DNA of 64,000 nt from positions 36,371 to 100,370 of the forward strand of contig JAFSMR010000001.1 of NCBI GenBank assembly GCA_017447805.1. The letters are read 5' to 3'. The notes beneath the pieces are model-generated. The model had not been told where the DNA came from, ran no database searches, and saw nothing but the letters and a program-made list of their open reading frames with translations. Below are positions 56,664 through 64,000 of the stretch, in pieces (positions within the stretch are counted from its first letter, which is position 1; each line of letters begins with the position of its first letter). The translations under genes and the position numbers were made by a program. The DNA is from Kiritimatiellia bacterium (GTDB lineage Bacteria > Verrucomicrobiota > Kiritimatiellia > RFP12 > UBA1067).

Positions 56664-57689
56664 ATGGCAAAGAAAATCCAATCTTCGGAATACTGCACGC
56701 TCGGGCATCCCGACAGGACGTGCGACTATATCGCGAGCTATATCCTGGATCGCTACATGGCGGCCGATAGGAACTCGAGAGTCGCGCTGGAGGTTCAGCT
56801 CAAGGACGAGTTCTGCACGATATCGGGCGAGGTTACGAGCAACGCACGGTTCGGAACCGACGAAATCGCGGCATTTGCGCGCGAGGCGGTCGAGAAGATC
56901 GGCTACACGCCGGAGTACCAGGCGAAGTTCGGAGCTGCGAATGTCGTGGCGGGCCAAGAACTCGTCGTGGAGACACACATATCCCACCAGTCCGGCGACA
57001 TCGCGCAGGGAGTGAACCGCGACAGCTGGGGCGACCAGGGGATATTCTGGGGACTTGCGGTGGACGAGCCGAAAATGGGCTACCTTCCGAAGGACTACTG
57101 GCTCGCCCGCAAGTTGGGGCAGGGAATCGCCGGGAAGCTGGGCGGGCTGGACGTGAAGACGCTTGTCACGCTGGAGGACGGCAAGCCCGTCGAGTGCTAT
57201 GTCGCCATCCCGCTTACGCCGGGAGACGACGACGCTCCCGTCTTCGCGGCGGCAAAGGCGATGGTCGGCGAGGATTGCCGCATCGTTGTGAACGGGACGG
57301 GGCGGTACGTGACGCACGGCTCTGTCGGCGACTGCGGAACGACGGGCAGGAAGCTCGTCGTGGACTTCTACGGCGGGAACTCCCGCATCGGCGGCGGCTC
57401 TCCCTGGGGCAAAGACCCGACGAAGGCGGACGTCACATTGAACGTCTACGCCCGCAGGTGCGCGCTTGAGGGGATGAAGCGGTACGGACTTCCCGAGATG
57501 CGCTGCGCGATATCGTGCTGCATCGGCCGCCGCGACATCCGCGTCTCGCTGTTCGACAGGGAGATGAACCTCGTCGAGGAGCGGATCGAGTCCGATCCCG
57601 CGAGCCACGTCATCGAGCTTCTCGGACTCGACAAGCCCGTCTATGCCGACACGTGCGCTCGCGGCCTCTTCGGATACGAGACGCTTTAG
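56664..57689 (+). CDS. metK: phage-encoded S-adenosylmethionine synthetase homologue (divergent, 341 aa)
   Basis: GHPDRTCDYIASYILD, GDQGIFWGLA, GGGSPWGKDPTKADVT align with the host MetK motifs at 26678-27871 but are strongly diverged. Confidence 0.75.
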   Translation: MAKKIQSSEYCTLGHPDRTCDYIASYILDRYMAADRNSRVALEVQLKDEFCTISGEVTSNARFGTDEIAAFAREAVEKIGYTPEYQAKFGAANVVAGQELVVETHISHQSGDIAQGVNRDSWGDQGIFWGLAVDEPKMGYLPKDYWLARKLGQGIAGKLGGLDVKTLVTLEDGKPVECYVAIPLTPGDDDAPVFAAAKAMVGEDCRIVVNGTGRYVTHGSVGDCGTTGRKLVVDFYGGNSRIGGGSPWGKDPTKADVTLNVYARRCALEGMKRYGLPEMRCAISCCIGRRDIRVSLFDREMNLVEERIESDPASHVIELLGLDKPVYADTCARGLFGYETL

Positions 57690-58147
57690 CGGACGGAGGC
57701 GAAGAGCCCGCGACCGGCCTTGCGGAAGCGCGAGGCGTCGCCCTTGTCCTTGATCTCGCGGATGATCGCGGAATAGAGTGTCTGTTCCGGCGTCTTGCCG
57801 CCCTTGGGCGTCCAGAGGCCGGACTCCTTCGCCTTTTCGATCATCGCCCTGACCGCCAGCGGCTCGTCGGACTGTTCCAGTACGGCGGCTGCGGCGTTCA
57901 GGAGCGAGAGTCCTTTCTCGGGCGAGGTCGCCGCAGGCTTCACCGCCTTTGGCTTCGCGGCCTTGGGCGCGGCAGTCGCGGCAGCGGTCTCGCCGTCCCG
58001 CGATTTGAGCGACTTGACTGTGAGCGTCTTGCCGCTCCTCGTCTCGACCGTCCAGCCGTTCTCGGCCTTCGCATTGACGCGAACCTCGACGAGGTTGCGT
58101 CCGACCTTGGTGAATGCGCGGTCGCCCGCCTTGTATTCCTTGCTCAT
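57686..58147 (-). CDS. HARE-HTH (HB1/ASXL/RpoE-delta-type winged helix) domain protein
   Basis: C-terminal SLLNAAAAVLEQSDEPLAVRAMIEKAKESGLWTPKGGKTPEQTLYSAIIREIKDKGDASRFRKAGRGLFA. Lys/Ala-rich linker. Confidence 0.6.
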   Translation of the reverse strand: MSKEYKAGDRAFTKVGRNLVEVRVNAKAENGWTVETRSGKTLTVKSLKSRDGETAAATAAPKAAKPKAVKPAATSPEKGLSLLNAAAAVLEQSDEPLAVRAMIEKAKESGLWTPKGGKTPEQTLYSAIIREIKDKGDASRFRKAGRGLFASVR

Positions 58148-58287
58148 TGCATCGTTCCTTTCTCATTCTTTTGCGTCCGAGTTCCCCATGAACCCGGAAC
58201 GGCGCACATATTCGCTCTTATTCCGAGACAAGTCAACGGGGTATCGGAAAGTATTTCAACAAACTTCAAAAAAAAAGGAGGCCAGCC

Positions 58288-58488
58288 ATGCCAGAACAGA
58301 GCCGCGACCACATTACGAGGGAGAACTTCGTGACTGCCATGCGGAGGTCGGGGTCACGCACCCTGACGCTCGAACGGCTCGAAGCCGACATCGCCGCCGG
58401 CGCTCCCGTCAACGCGGACGGGACGATCAACATCCTGAAGTACGTCGCGTGGATTGCAAAGGAGCTTGGAGATGACGGTCAACGTTAA
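58288..58488 (+). CDS. small hypothetical protein (66 aa) preceding the terminase; possible small-terminase-like accessory
   Basis: AAAGGAGG RBS. Position immediately 5' of TerL. Confidence 0.3.
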   Translation: MPEQSRDHITRENFVTAMRRSGSRTLTLERLEADIAAGAPVNADGTINILKYVAWIAKELGDDGQR

Positions 58489-60760
58489 GAAGATGAAGCC
58501 CGTGGAGATGGTGCGCTTCCTGAACTCCACGGAGCTTGGGACGGTTCTCTCCGCCGCGATGGTGTACAGGCACTTCTCCGAGGCGGGCTACCGCATCGCC
58601 TCGACGGAGGATTCGCGTTGTCTGAGCTTCTACCGCTACGCGGCGTGGCTCATCGACAAGCGCAACACGCCGCCACCGGCCATCGAGACCGATCCAGGGG
58701 CGTACACGGCCCATCGCGAGGCTGCGGCGCAGCGGCAGGCAGACCTCTCCCTTGCGGGACGCGACATCGGCGAACTTCCCGAAGTCGCCGATCCGGAAAG
58801 GAAGGAGGCGTGCCGTTTCGACTTCCGCAAGTTCTGCGAGACATACTTTCCCGAAGTGTACAACCTCGAATGGTCGGACGACCACCTGCGGGCAATCGAG
58901 AAGCTTCAGAAGGCAGTCCTCGAAGGCGGGCTCTTCGCACTTGCGATGGCGCGCGGAAGCGGCAAGTCGAGCCTGACGGAAACAGCCGCTATTTGGGCTA
59001 TGGCCTACGGACACCGCGAGTTCATCGTCATAATCGGCGCAAGCGAGGGTGCGGCGCTCGAAATGCTCGACTCCATCAAGACGGAGCTTGAGGTCAACGA
59101 GCATCTCCAGGAGGACTTCCCGGAGATGGTGTATCCTATCGCAAGACTTGAGGGAATCGCCAACCGCTGCGCGGGGCAGCTCTACAAGGGCGAGCGGACG
59201 CGCATTGCGTGGACTGCGAGCGAGATCGTCCTTCCTACAATCGCTGGCGCGGCATCGTCTGGCGCAATCGTCCGCGTCGCCGGCATCACGGGCCGCATTC
59301 GCGGCATGAAGTACAAGCGCCCCGACGGGCGGACTATCCGCCCGGAGTTCGTCATTGTCGATGACCCGCAGACGAGCGAATCCGCCGGCTCCGCCGAGCA
59401 GACGAGAAAGCGCGTCCGCGTCCTCGCGGGCGACGTCCTCGGCTTGGCCGGCCCCGGTCGCAAGATCGCGGGCGTCATGCCCTGCACGGTTATCCGCCCA
59501 GGCGACATGGCCGAGCAGATGCTCGACCGCTCGAAGCATCCCGAATGGAACGGAGAGCGTTGCCGGATGCTCTACAAGTTCCCGAAGAACGAGGAGTTGT
59601 GGAACCGCTACGCAGACCTCCGCGCAGACGAACTGCGGGAGAAAGGCACGTTCGCAAAGGCCACGGCGTTCTACGCCGCGTACAGGAAGGAGATGGACGA
59701 GGGCGCTGTCGTGGCGTGGCCCGCCCGCTATAACCACGACGAAATCTCCGCCGTGCAGCACGCGATGGACCTGAAGCTCACCGACGAGGCCGCGTTCTGG
59801 GCGGAGTACCAGAACGAGCCGTTGGCGGAGGACTTGGGGACGGAGGAGCAGTTGACGCTGGACGGTGTGTCCTCTCGCGTAAACGGACACTCCCGTCTCG
59901 GCGTTCCCGTCCAGGCGACGCACGTGACGGCCTTCATCGACGTCCAGAAGACGATGCTGTTCTACTGCATCGTCGCGTGGGACGATGACTTCACGGGACG
60001 CGTCATCGACTACGGCGAGTGGCCCGACCAGAAGCGTCGGTTCTTCACGCTGAACGACGCGAACGTCACGCTCCAGCAGAAGTTCCCTCGAAGCGGACTC
60101 GAAGGATGCCTGTACGAGGGGCTGAAAAGCCTTACGGGGGAAATCCTCGGACGCGAGTATTTCCGCGATGACGGCGCTGCTATGCGGATCGAGAAGTGCC
60201 TCATCGACGCGAACTGGGGACAATCGACGGACACCGTGTACCAGTTTTGCCGCGAGTCGGAGTACGCAAGCGTCCTCACGCCTTCGCACGGCAAGTACAT
60301 CGGCGCAAGTTCCAAGCCGATGGGCGAGTACAAGAAGGCAATCGGCGACAGAGTCGGTCTCAACTGGCGGATGCCGAACGTCAGGGGCAAACGGGCGATA
60401 CGGCACGTCGTCTATGACACGAACTTCTGGAAGTCGTTTGTGGCGACGAGGCTTCTCACCTCGACTGGCGACCGAGGGGCTTTGACGCTCTTCGGGAGAA
60501 GCCCGGCTGACCATCTGCTCTTCGCGGAACATCTCACCGCCGAGTACCGGGTCAAGACCGAGGGGCGCGGACGCCGCGTGGACGAGTGGAAGATGCGCCC
60601 CGACGCCAAGGACAACCACTGGTGGGACTGCGTCGTCGGAAGCGCGGTCGCGGCTTCGATGTGCGGATGCGTCCTCGCGGGGACTATGACGGACGGAAAA
60701 CCGAAAGCTGCGAAACCCAAGGTGAAACTTTCGGAACTTCGGCGATTGAAAAATTTTTAA
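58472..60760 (+). CDS. phage terminase large subunit (lambda gpA-like)
   Basis: Walker A MARGSGKSS. Size and position upstream of gpW and portal. C-terminal nuclease region with acidic residues. Confidence 0.8.
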   Translation: MTVNVKKMKPVEMVRFLNSTELGTVLSAAMVYRHFSEAGYRIASTEDSRCLSFYRYAAWLIDKRNTPPPAIETDPGAYTAHREAAAQRQADLSLAGRDIGELPEVADPERKEACRFDFRKFCETYFPEVYNLEWSDDHLRAIEKLQKAVLEGGLFALAMARGSGKSSLTETAAIWAMAYGHREFIVIIGASEGAALEMLDSIKTELEVNEHLQEDFPEMVYPIARLEGIANRCAGQLYKGERTRIAWTASEIVLPTIAGAASSGAIVRVAGITGRIRGMKYKRPDGRTIRPEFVIVDDPQTSESAGSAEQTRKRVRVLAGDVLGLAGPGRKIAGVMPCTVIRPGDMAEQMLDRSKHPEWNGERCRMLYKFPKNEELWNRYADLRADELREKGTFAKATAFYAAYRKEMDEGAVVAWPARYNHDEISAVQHAMDLKLTDEAAFWAEYQNEPLAEDLGTEEQLTLDGVSSRVNGHSRLGVPVQATHVTAFIDVQKTMLFYCIVAWDDDFTGRVIDYGEWPDQKRRFFTLNDANVTLQQKFPRSGLEGCLYEGLKSLTGEILGREYFRDDGAAMRIEKCLIDANWGQSTDTVYQFCRESEYASVLTPSHGKYIGASSKPMGEYKKAIGDRVGLNWRMPNVRGKRAIRHVVYDTNFWKSFVATRLLTSTGDRGALTLFGRSPADHLLFAEHLTAEYRVKTEGRGRRVDEWKMRPDAKDNHWWDCVVGSAVAASMCGCVLAGTMTDGKPKAAKPKVKLSELRRLKNF

Positions 60761-60821
60761 TGAAAGTCACGCCGAAGTTGCTCATGTTTTTCGTATAAGA
60801 CATCAGAGAGGAGATGATGCT

Positions 60822-61913
60822 ATGCGATACGGAAGCGTGTGCAGCGGAATCGAGGCTGCGAGTGTCGCATGGCGGCCCCTCGGCTGGCGTTGCGCGTTCG
60901 TCTCCGAAGTAGAGCCGTTCGCGTCGGAAGTGCTGAAACACCGTCTGCCGAGGGTGCCTAACCTCGGAGATTTTACGAAAATTGAGAAAGGAGGATATGA
61001 TGGAGACATCGACCTCCTTGTCGGCGGGACGCCCTGCCAATCCTTCTCAACGGGAGGAAAACGTGGCGGAATCGCCGACCCTCGCGGCAACCTCGCCATC
61101 GAGTTTGTCCGACTGGCTGAAAGGACGGATGCGAGGTGGGTGGTCTGGGAGAACGTTCCAGCCGTGCTTGCCATCAATGGGGGACGAGACTTCGCCGCGT
61201 TTCTCTCCGAACTCGTCGGATGGGACGTCAAAGTCCCGGACGACGGGTGGGGAAACTCTGGCGTCGTCACCAACGCCCCCGGACGCTTCGGCGTTTCGTG
61301 GCGAGTGCTGGACGCTCGATATACCCGAGTTTCCGCATTTCCAAGGGCGGTGCCGCAGCGAAGGCGTCGTGTCATCCTTGTCGGATGCCGTGATCGCTGG
61401 CAGAGCGCCGCAGAGGTACTGCTTGGCGGCGAACTATGCGGAGGCGATGCTTGCCCGAGCCGCGAGGCTGGGGTACGCGCTGCCGCCGACGCTGGAGAAT
61501 GTGCTTCGGGAGAGTGCTTCCCGATAGATATGATGAACATCGAGGGACGCACCAAGTGCCTCAAGACGAAGTGCTACGACGAGGCGGGAACGGCGATGTA
61601 TACGCTCCGCTCCAGCCACGTGAATGCGGTCTGCACACCATGCCAGCTGCGGCGGCTTCTGCCGGTCGAATCGGAGCGGCTCATGGGCTTTTCTGACGGC
61701 TGGACGGACATTCCGTGGAAAGGCAAGGCGCACGCACCCGACGGATTCCGCCACAGGGTGTGCGGGAACTCGATGTGCGTAAACGTCATGCGCTGGATCG
61801 GCGAGAGGATATCCGCCGTCGCAGCGGGAAAGGAATTTGAAGACTATGGACGAGAAGTCTCTCGAAGAGGCGATGGAGCGGCTGCTCACTTCGCCCAAGG
61901 AGGTGGAGGTTGA
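60822..61913 (+). CDS. DNA (cytosine-5)-methyltransferase (fourth MTase, monospecific-size)
   Basis: CSGIE, GGTPCQSFSTGGKRGG, ENVPAV, QRRRRVILVG, GNSMCVNVMRW. The 3' end overlaps the gpW-like ORF, so the true stop is uncertain. Confidence 0.8.
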   Translation: MRYGSVCSGIEAASVAWRPLGWRCAFVSEVEPFASEVLKHRLPRVPNLGDFTKIEKGGYDGDIDLLVGGTPCQSFSTGGKRGGIADPRGNLAIEFVRLAERTDARWVVWENVPAVLAINGGRDFAAFLSELVGWDVKVPDDGWGNSGVVTNAPGRFGVSWRVLDARYTRVSAFPRAVPQRRRRVILVGCRDRWQSAAEVLLGGELCGGDACPSREAGVRAAADAGECASGECFPIDMMNIEGRTKCLKTKCYDEAGTAMYTLRSSHVNAVCTPCQLRRLLPVESERLMGFSDGWTDIPWKGKAHAPDGFRHRVCGNSMCVNVMRWIGERISAVAAGKEFEDYGREVSRRGDGAAAHFAQGGGG

Positions 61914-62049
61914 CGGACAGCGGGTGACGAACCAGTCGGTCGGCGACCTCATCAAGGTTGCCAACTACCTCGCCTCCAAGAACGCCCTCAAAGGCAAAAG
62001 GCTGCCGATTCGCATCACGAAGATGGCGGCGGGAGGAGGCGCAATATGA
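61837..62049 (+). CDS. gpW-like head-tail joining protein
   Basis: 70 aa. Lambda gene order A-W-B. LEEAMERLLTSPKEVEVDGQRVTNQSVGDLIKVANYL parallels the lambda gpW core. Confidence 0.6.
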   Translation: MKTMDEKSLEEAMERLLTSPKEVEVDGQRVTNQSVGDLIKVANYLASKNALKGKRLPIRITKMAAGGGAI

Positions 62050-63464
62050 GACTGTGGCCATCGAAGAAGAAGGACGGGAAAGCGAGGTCATCGCTCCTTG
62101 CGAGGTTTCTCCGCGCAAGGTTCGACGCCGCGCAGACGACGAAAGACAACGCGAAGCACTGGGGCGCGGCGGAGTTCCTTTCAGCGGACGCGGAGGCGGA
62201 CTCGAACGTCCGCAAGATTCTCCGCACCCGCGCCCGCTACGAAGTGCAGAACAACTCCTACGCTCGCGGCATCGTGAAGACGCTTGCCGAGGACACGATA
62301 GGGACAGGGCCAAGACTCCAGATGCTCCTCGAAGACGAGGAGACGAACAGGAAGATAGAGCACGACTTCCAGGTGTGGGCGAAGAAGACGCACCTCCCCG
62401 CCAAGCTGCGCACTATACGCATGGCGCGCTGCCAGGACGGAGAGGCGTTTATTCTGCTTGCGCGGAATCCTCTGCTCAAAACGAACGTGACGCTCGACAT
62501 GCAGCTCATCGAAGCCGACCGGGTTACGGATGATGAACTTACAGTCGATCCGAACTGCATAGACGGCGTCACGTTCGACCAATTTGGCAACCCCAAGTCC
62601 TACAAGGTGCTGAAGAAGCATCCGGGCGGGACGGACTCGTTCGACACGGAGTTCGTGGCAATCAAGGCCGAGAACATGATCCACGTGTTCCGGCAGGATC
62701 GCCCCGAACAGCATCGCGGCATCCCGGAGATTACCGCTGCGCTTCCCTTGTTTGCACACCTCCGCCGGTTCACGCTGGCGGTGGTGAGCGCGGCGGAGGC
62801 CGCCGCCGACTTCGCGGGCATCCTGTACACGGACTCGCCGGCGAACGGCGAGGCCGACAGCGTTGAGGCGATGGACACGATCCAGCTTGAGCGGAACATG
62901 CTCCTCACGATGCCAGGCGGCTGGAAGATGAGCCAGGTCGATCCGAAGCAGCCCGTCACGACATACGGCGAGTTCAAGCACGAGATACTGAACGAAATTG
63001 CAAGGTGTCTTTCGATGCCCTACAACATCGCTGCGGGGAACTCGTCGGGCTACAACTACGCTTCGGGACGGCTCGACCACCAGACGTACTACAAGTCGCT
63101 CAAGGTGGACCGGGCGTTCATGGAGGCGGAGATACTCGACCGCGTGTTCGATGCGTGGATGCGCGAGTGGTCGCTTGCGACCGCTACGCAGCTTGACGCC
63201 TGCGACTGCCGCCACGTGTGGTTCTGGGACGGACAGGAACACGTCGATCCCGCGAAGGAGGCGAACGCACAGGAGAAGCGGCTTCTCAACAAGACCACTA
63301 CTTTGGCGGCGGAATACGCCCGCCAAGGCAAGGACTGGGAGACTGAGCTTCGGCAGATAGCCAAGGAAAGGACGCTCATGAAGGAACTCGGCATAGACGA
63401 TGTTCCGAAGAAGAACGAATCTCAAGACGAAAACGAAGGAGAAGAAGATGGGAAAGACGAGTGA
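62046..63464 (+). CDS. phage portal protein, lambda family
   Basis: 472 aa. Lambda-type portal N-terminus. Position after gpW. Acidic C-terminal tail (ESQDENEGEEDGKDE). Confidence 0.8.
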   Translation: MRLWPSKKKDGKARSSLLARFLRARFDAAQTTKDNAKHWGAAEFLSADAEADSNVRKILRTRARYEVQNNSYARGIVKTLAEDTIGTGPRLQMLLEDEETNRKIEHDFQVWAKKTHLPAKLRTIRMARCQDGEAFILLARNPLLKTNVTLDMQLIEADRVTDDELTVDPNCIDGVTFDQFGNPKSYKVLKKHPGGTDSFDTEFVAIKAENMIHVFRQDRPEQHRGIPEITAALPLFAHLRRFTLAVVSAAEAAADFAGILYTDSPANGEADSVEAMDTIQLERNMLLTMPGGWKMSQVDPKQPVTTYGEFKHEILNEIARCLSMPYNIAAGNSSGYNYASGRLDHQTYYKSLKVDRAFMEAEILDRVFDAWMREWSLATATQLDACDCRHVWFWDGQEHVDPAKEANAQEKRLLNKTTTLAAEYARQGKDWETELRQIAKERTLMKELGIDDVPKKNESQDENEGEEDGKDE

Positions 63465-64000
63465 ATATCTCGAAATAACCGCCGCGAAAGACGGCGGAGA
63501 CGGAAAGCACAAGGTGGCCGGACTCGCCTACGGAGGCGGCAAGATGAGGCTCTTCGGATGGTCGAAGCCGGTGGTCGTAGACCTCTCCGGCATGACGGTT
63601 CCGGAATCCGTGCCGCTTCTCGCGAACCACGAGAACCACACGCTTGGGCGCGTGGGCGTGGTGAACGCCAAGGCGGAGAACGGGCACCTCGCAATCGCCG
63701 GCGAAATCGTCGCCGGAGGCGAACTCGCCGAGGCGATAGTCGCCCAGGGCAAGGCGGGCGCGGACTGGCAGCTCTCGATAGGAGCGGAGGTCGAAGCCGC
63801 CGAGCTTGTGCGGGAAGGCAAGCGGAAGGTGAACGGAACGGAACACGAAGCGCCGTTCTACCACGTCACGAAATCGACATTGCGGGAGGTCAGCGTAGTC
63901 GCCGTGGGCGCAGACCGCTCGACGCACATGACAGTCACGGCACAACTGCAACTGAAAGGAAACTCCATAATGGAACCTGAAGTGACCAACAAGGAGACGA
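63448..64000 (+). CDS. HK97-family prohead protease (N-terminal part, continues beyond window)
   Basis: Open frame from the ATG at 63448 with no stop in the window: MGKTSEYLEITAAK...KVAGLAYGGGKMRLFGWSKPVVVDLSGM...PLLANHENHTLGRVGVV...ENGHLAIAGEI matches the HK97 protease pattern G-F-W...PLLxxHD...G. Not in the ORF track because it is unterminated. Confidence 0.55.
   Translation, partial: MGKTSEYLEITAAKDGGDGKHKVAGLAYGGGKMRLFGWSKPVVVDLSGMTVPESVPLLANHENHTLGRVGVVNAKAENGHLAIAGEIVAGGELAEAIVAQGKAGADWQLSIGAEVEAAELVREGKRKVNGTEHEAPFYHVTKSTLREVSVVAVGADRSTHMTVTAQLQLKGNSIMEPEVTNKET

Larger units (their letters stand above)
37608..64000. mobile_element. integrated lambda-like prophage (left about 26 kb), about 65% GC against about 50% host, beginning directly after tRNA-Phe; right end outside the window
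   Basis: Abrupt GC shift immediately after the tRNA operon terminator. Large serine recombinase, phage replication/recombination module, DNA MTases, TerL, gpW, portal and prohead protease, all co-oriented except the integration and cargo modules. Confidence 0.85.

Overview
The window has two parts. Positions 1-37607 are ordinary bacterial chromosome at about 50% GC, with almost every gene on the minus strand. It carries a trp operon (trpE, trpG-D fusion, trpC, partial trpB) with an attenuator-type leader, dus, accA, accD, priA, a type IV pilin-like protein, GspF, a two-domain GT2 glycosyltransferase, tyrS, a hexokinase, rsmA, hemW, metK, and a five-gene polyamine cluster (speA, speE, speB, carboxy(nor)spermidine dehydrogenase and decarboxylase). 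It ends in a tRNA-Gly(GCC), tRNA-Lys(CTT), tRNA-Phe(GAA) operon. I could not assign the host lineage from sequence alone. Directly after tRNA-Phe, from 37608 to the window end, lies the left 26 kb of an integrated lambda-like prophage at about 65% GC; its right end and attR are outside the window. It has a large-serine-recombinase module (recombinase, DUF2924, sigma-70 region-4 protein, ParB-like HTH protein). Next comes a host-like-GC three-gene cargo operon: AAA+/DUF4143 ATPase, a 428-aa unknown and a 282-aa zinc-ribbon unknown. I rate this operon the best candidate for an undescribed phage-defence or abortive-infection system. The plus-strand replication and recombination module follows: PD-(D/E)XK nuclease, Sak4-like ATPase, DUF669, RusA, SF2 helicase, PrimPol-AAA_25 primase/helicase and a repeat-rich putative origin. 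After that is a DNA-modification module: a C5-methyltransferase with an exceptionally long reiterated variable region, a ParB-N6/N4 methyltransferase, a minimal C5-MTase-like protein and a phage-encoded MetK paralogue. The window ends with morphogenesis genes (TerL, a fourth C5-MTase moron, gpW-like, lambda-type portal, partial HK97-family prohead protease). Host-side points worth a second look are a trp leader peptide with three tandem Trp codons plus promoter and terminator, two tandem-repeat arrays with nested dyad symmetry, a strong consensus promoter driving a tiny ORF, and a His-rich secreted protein.
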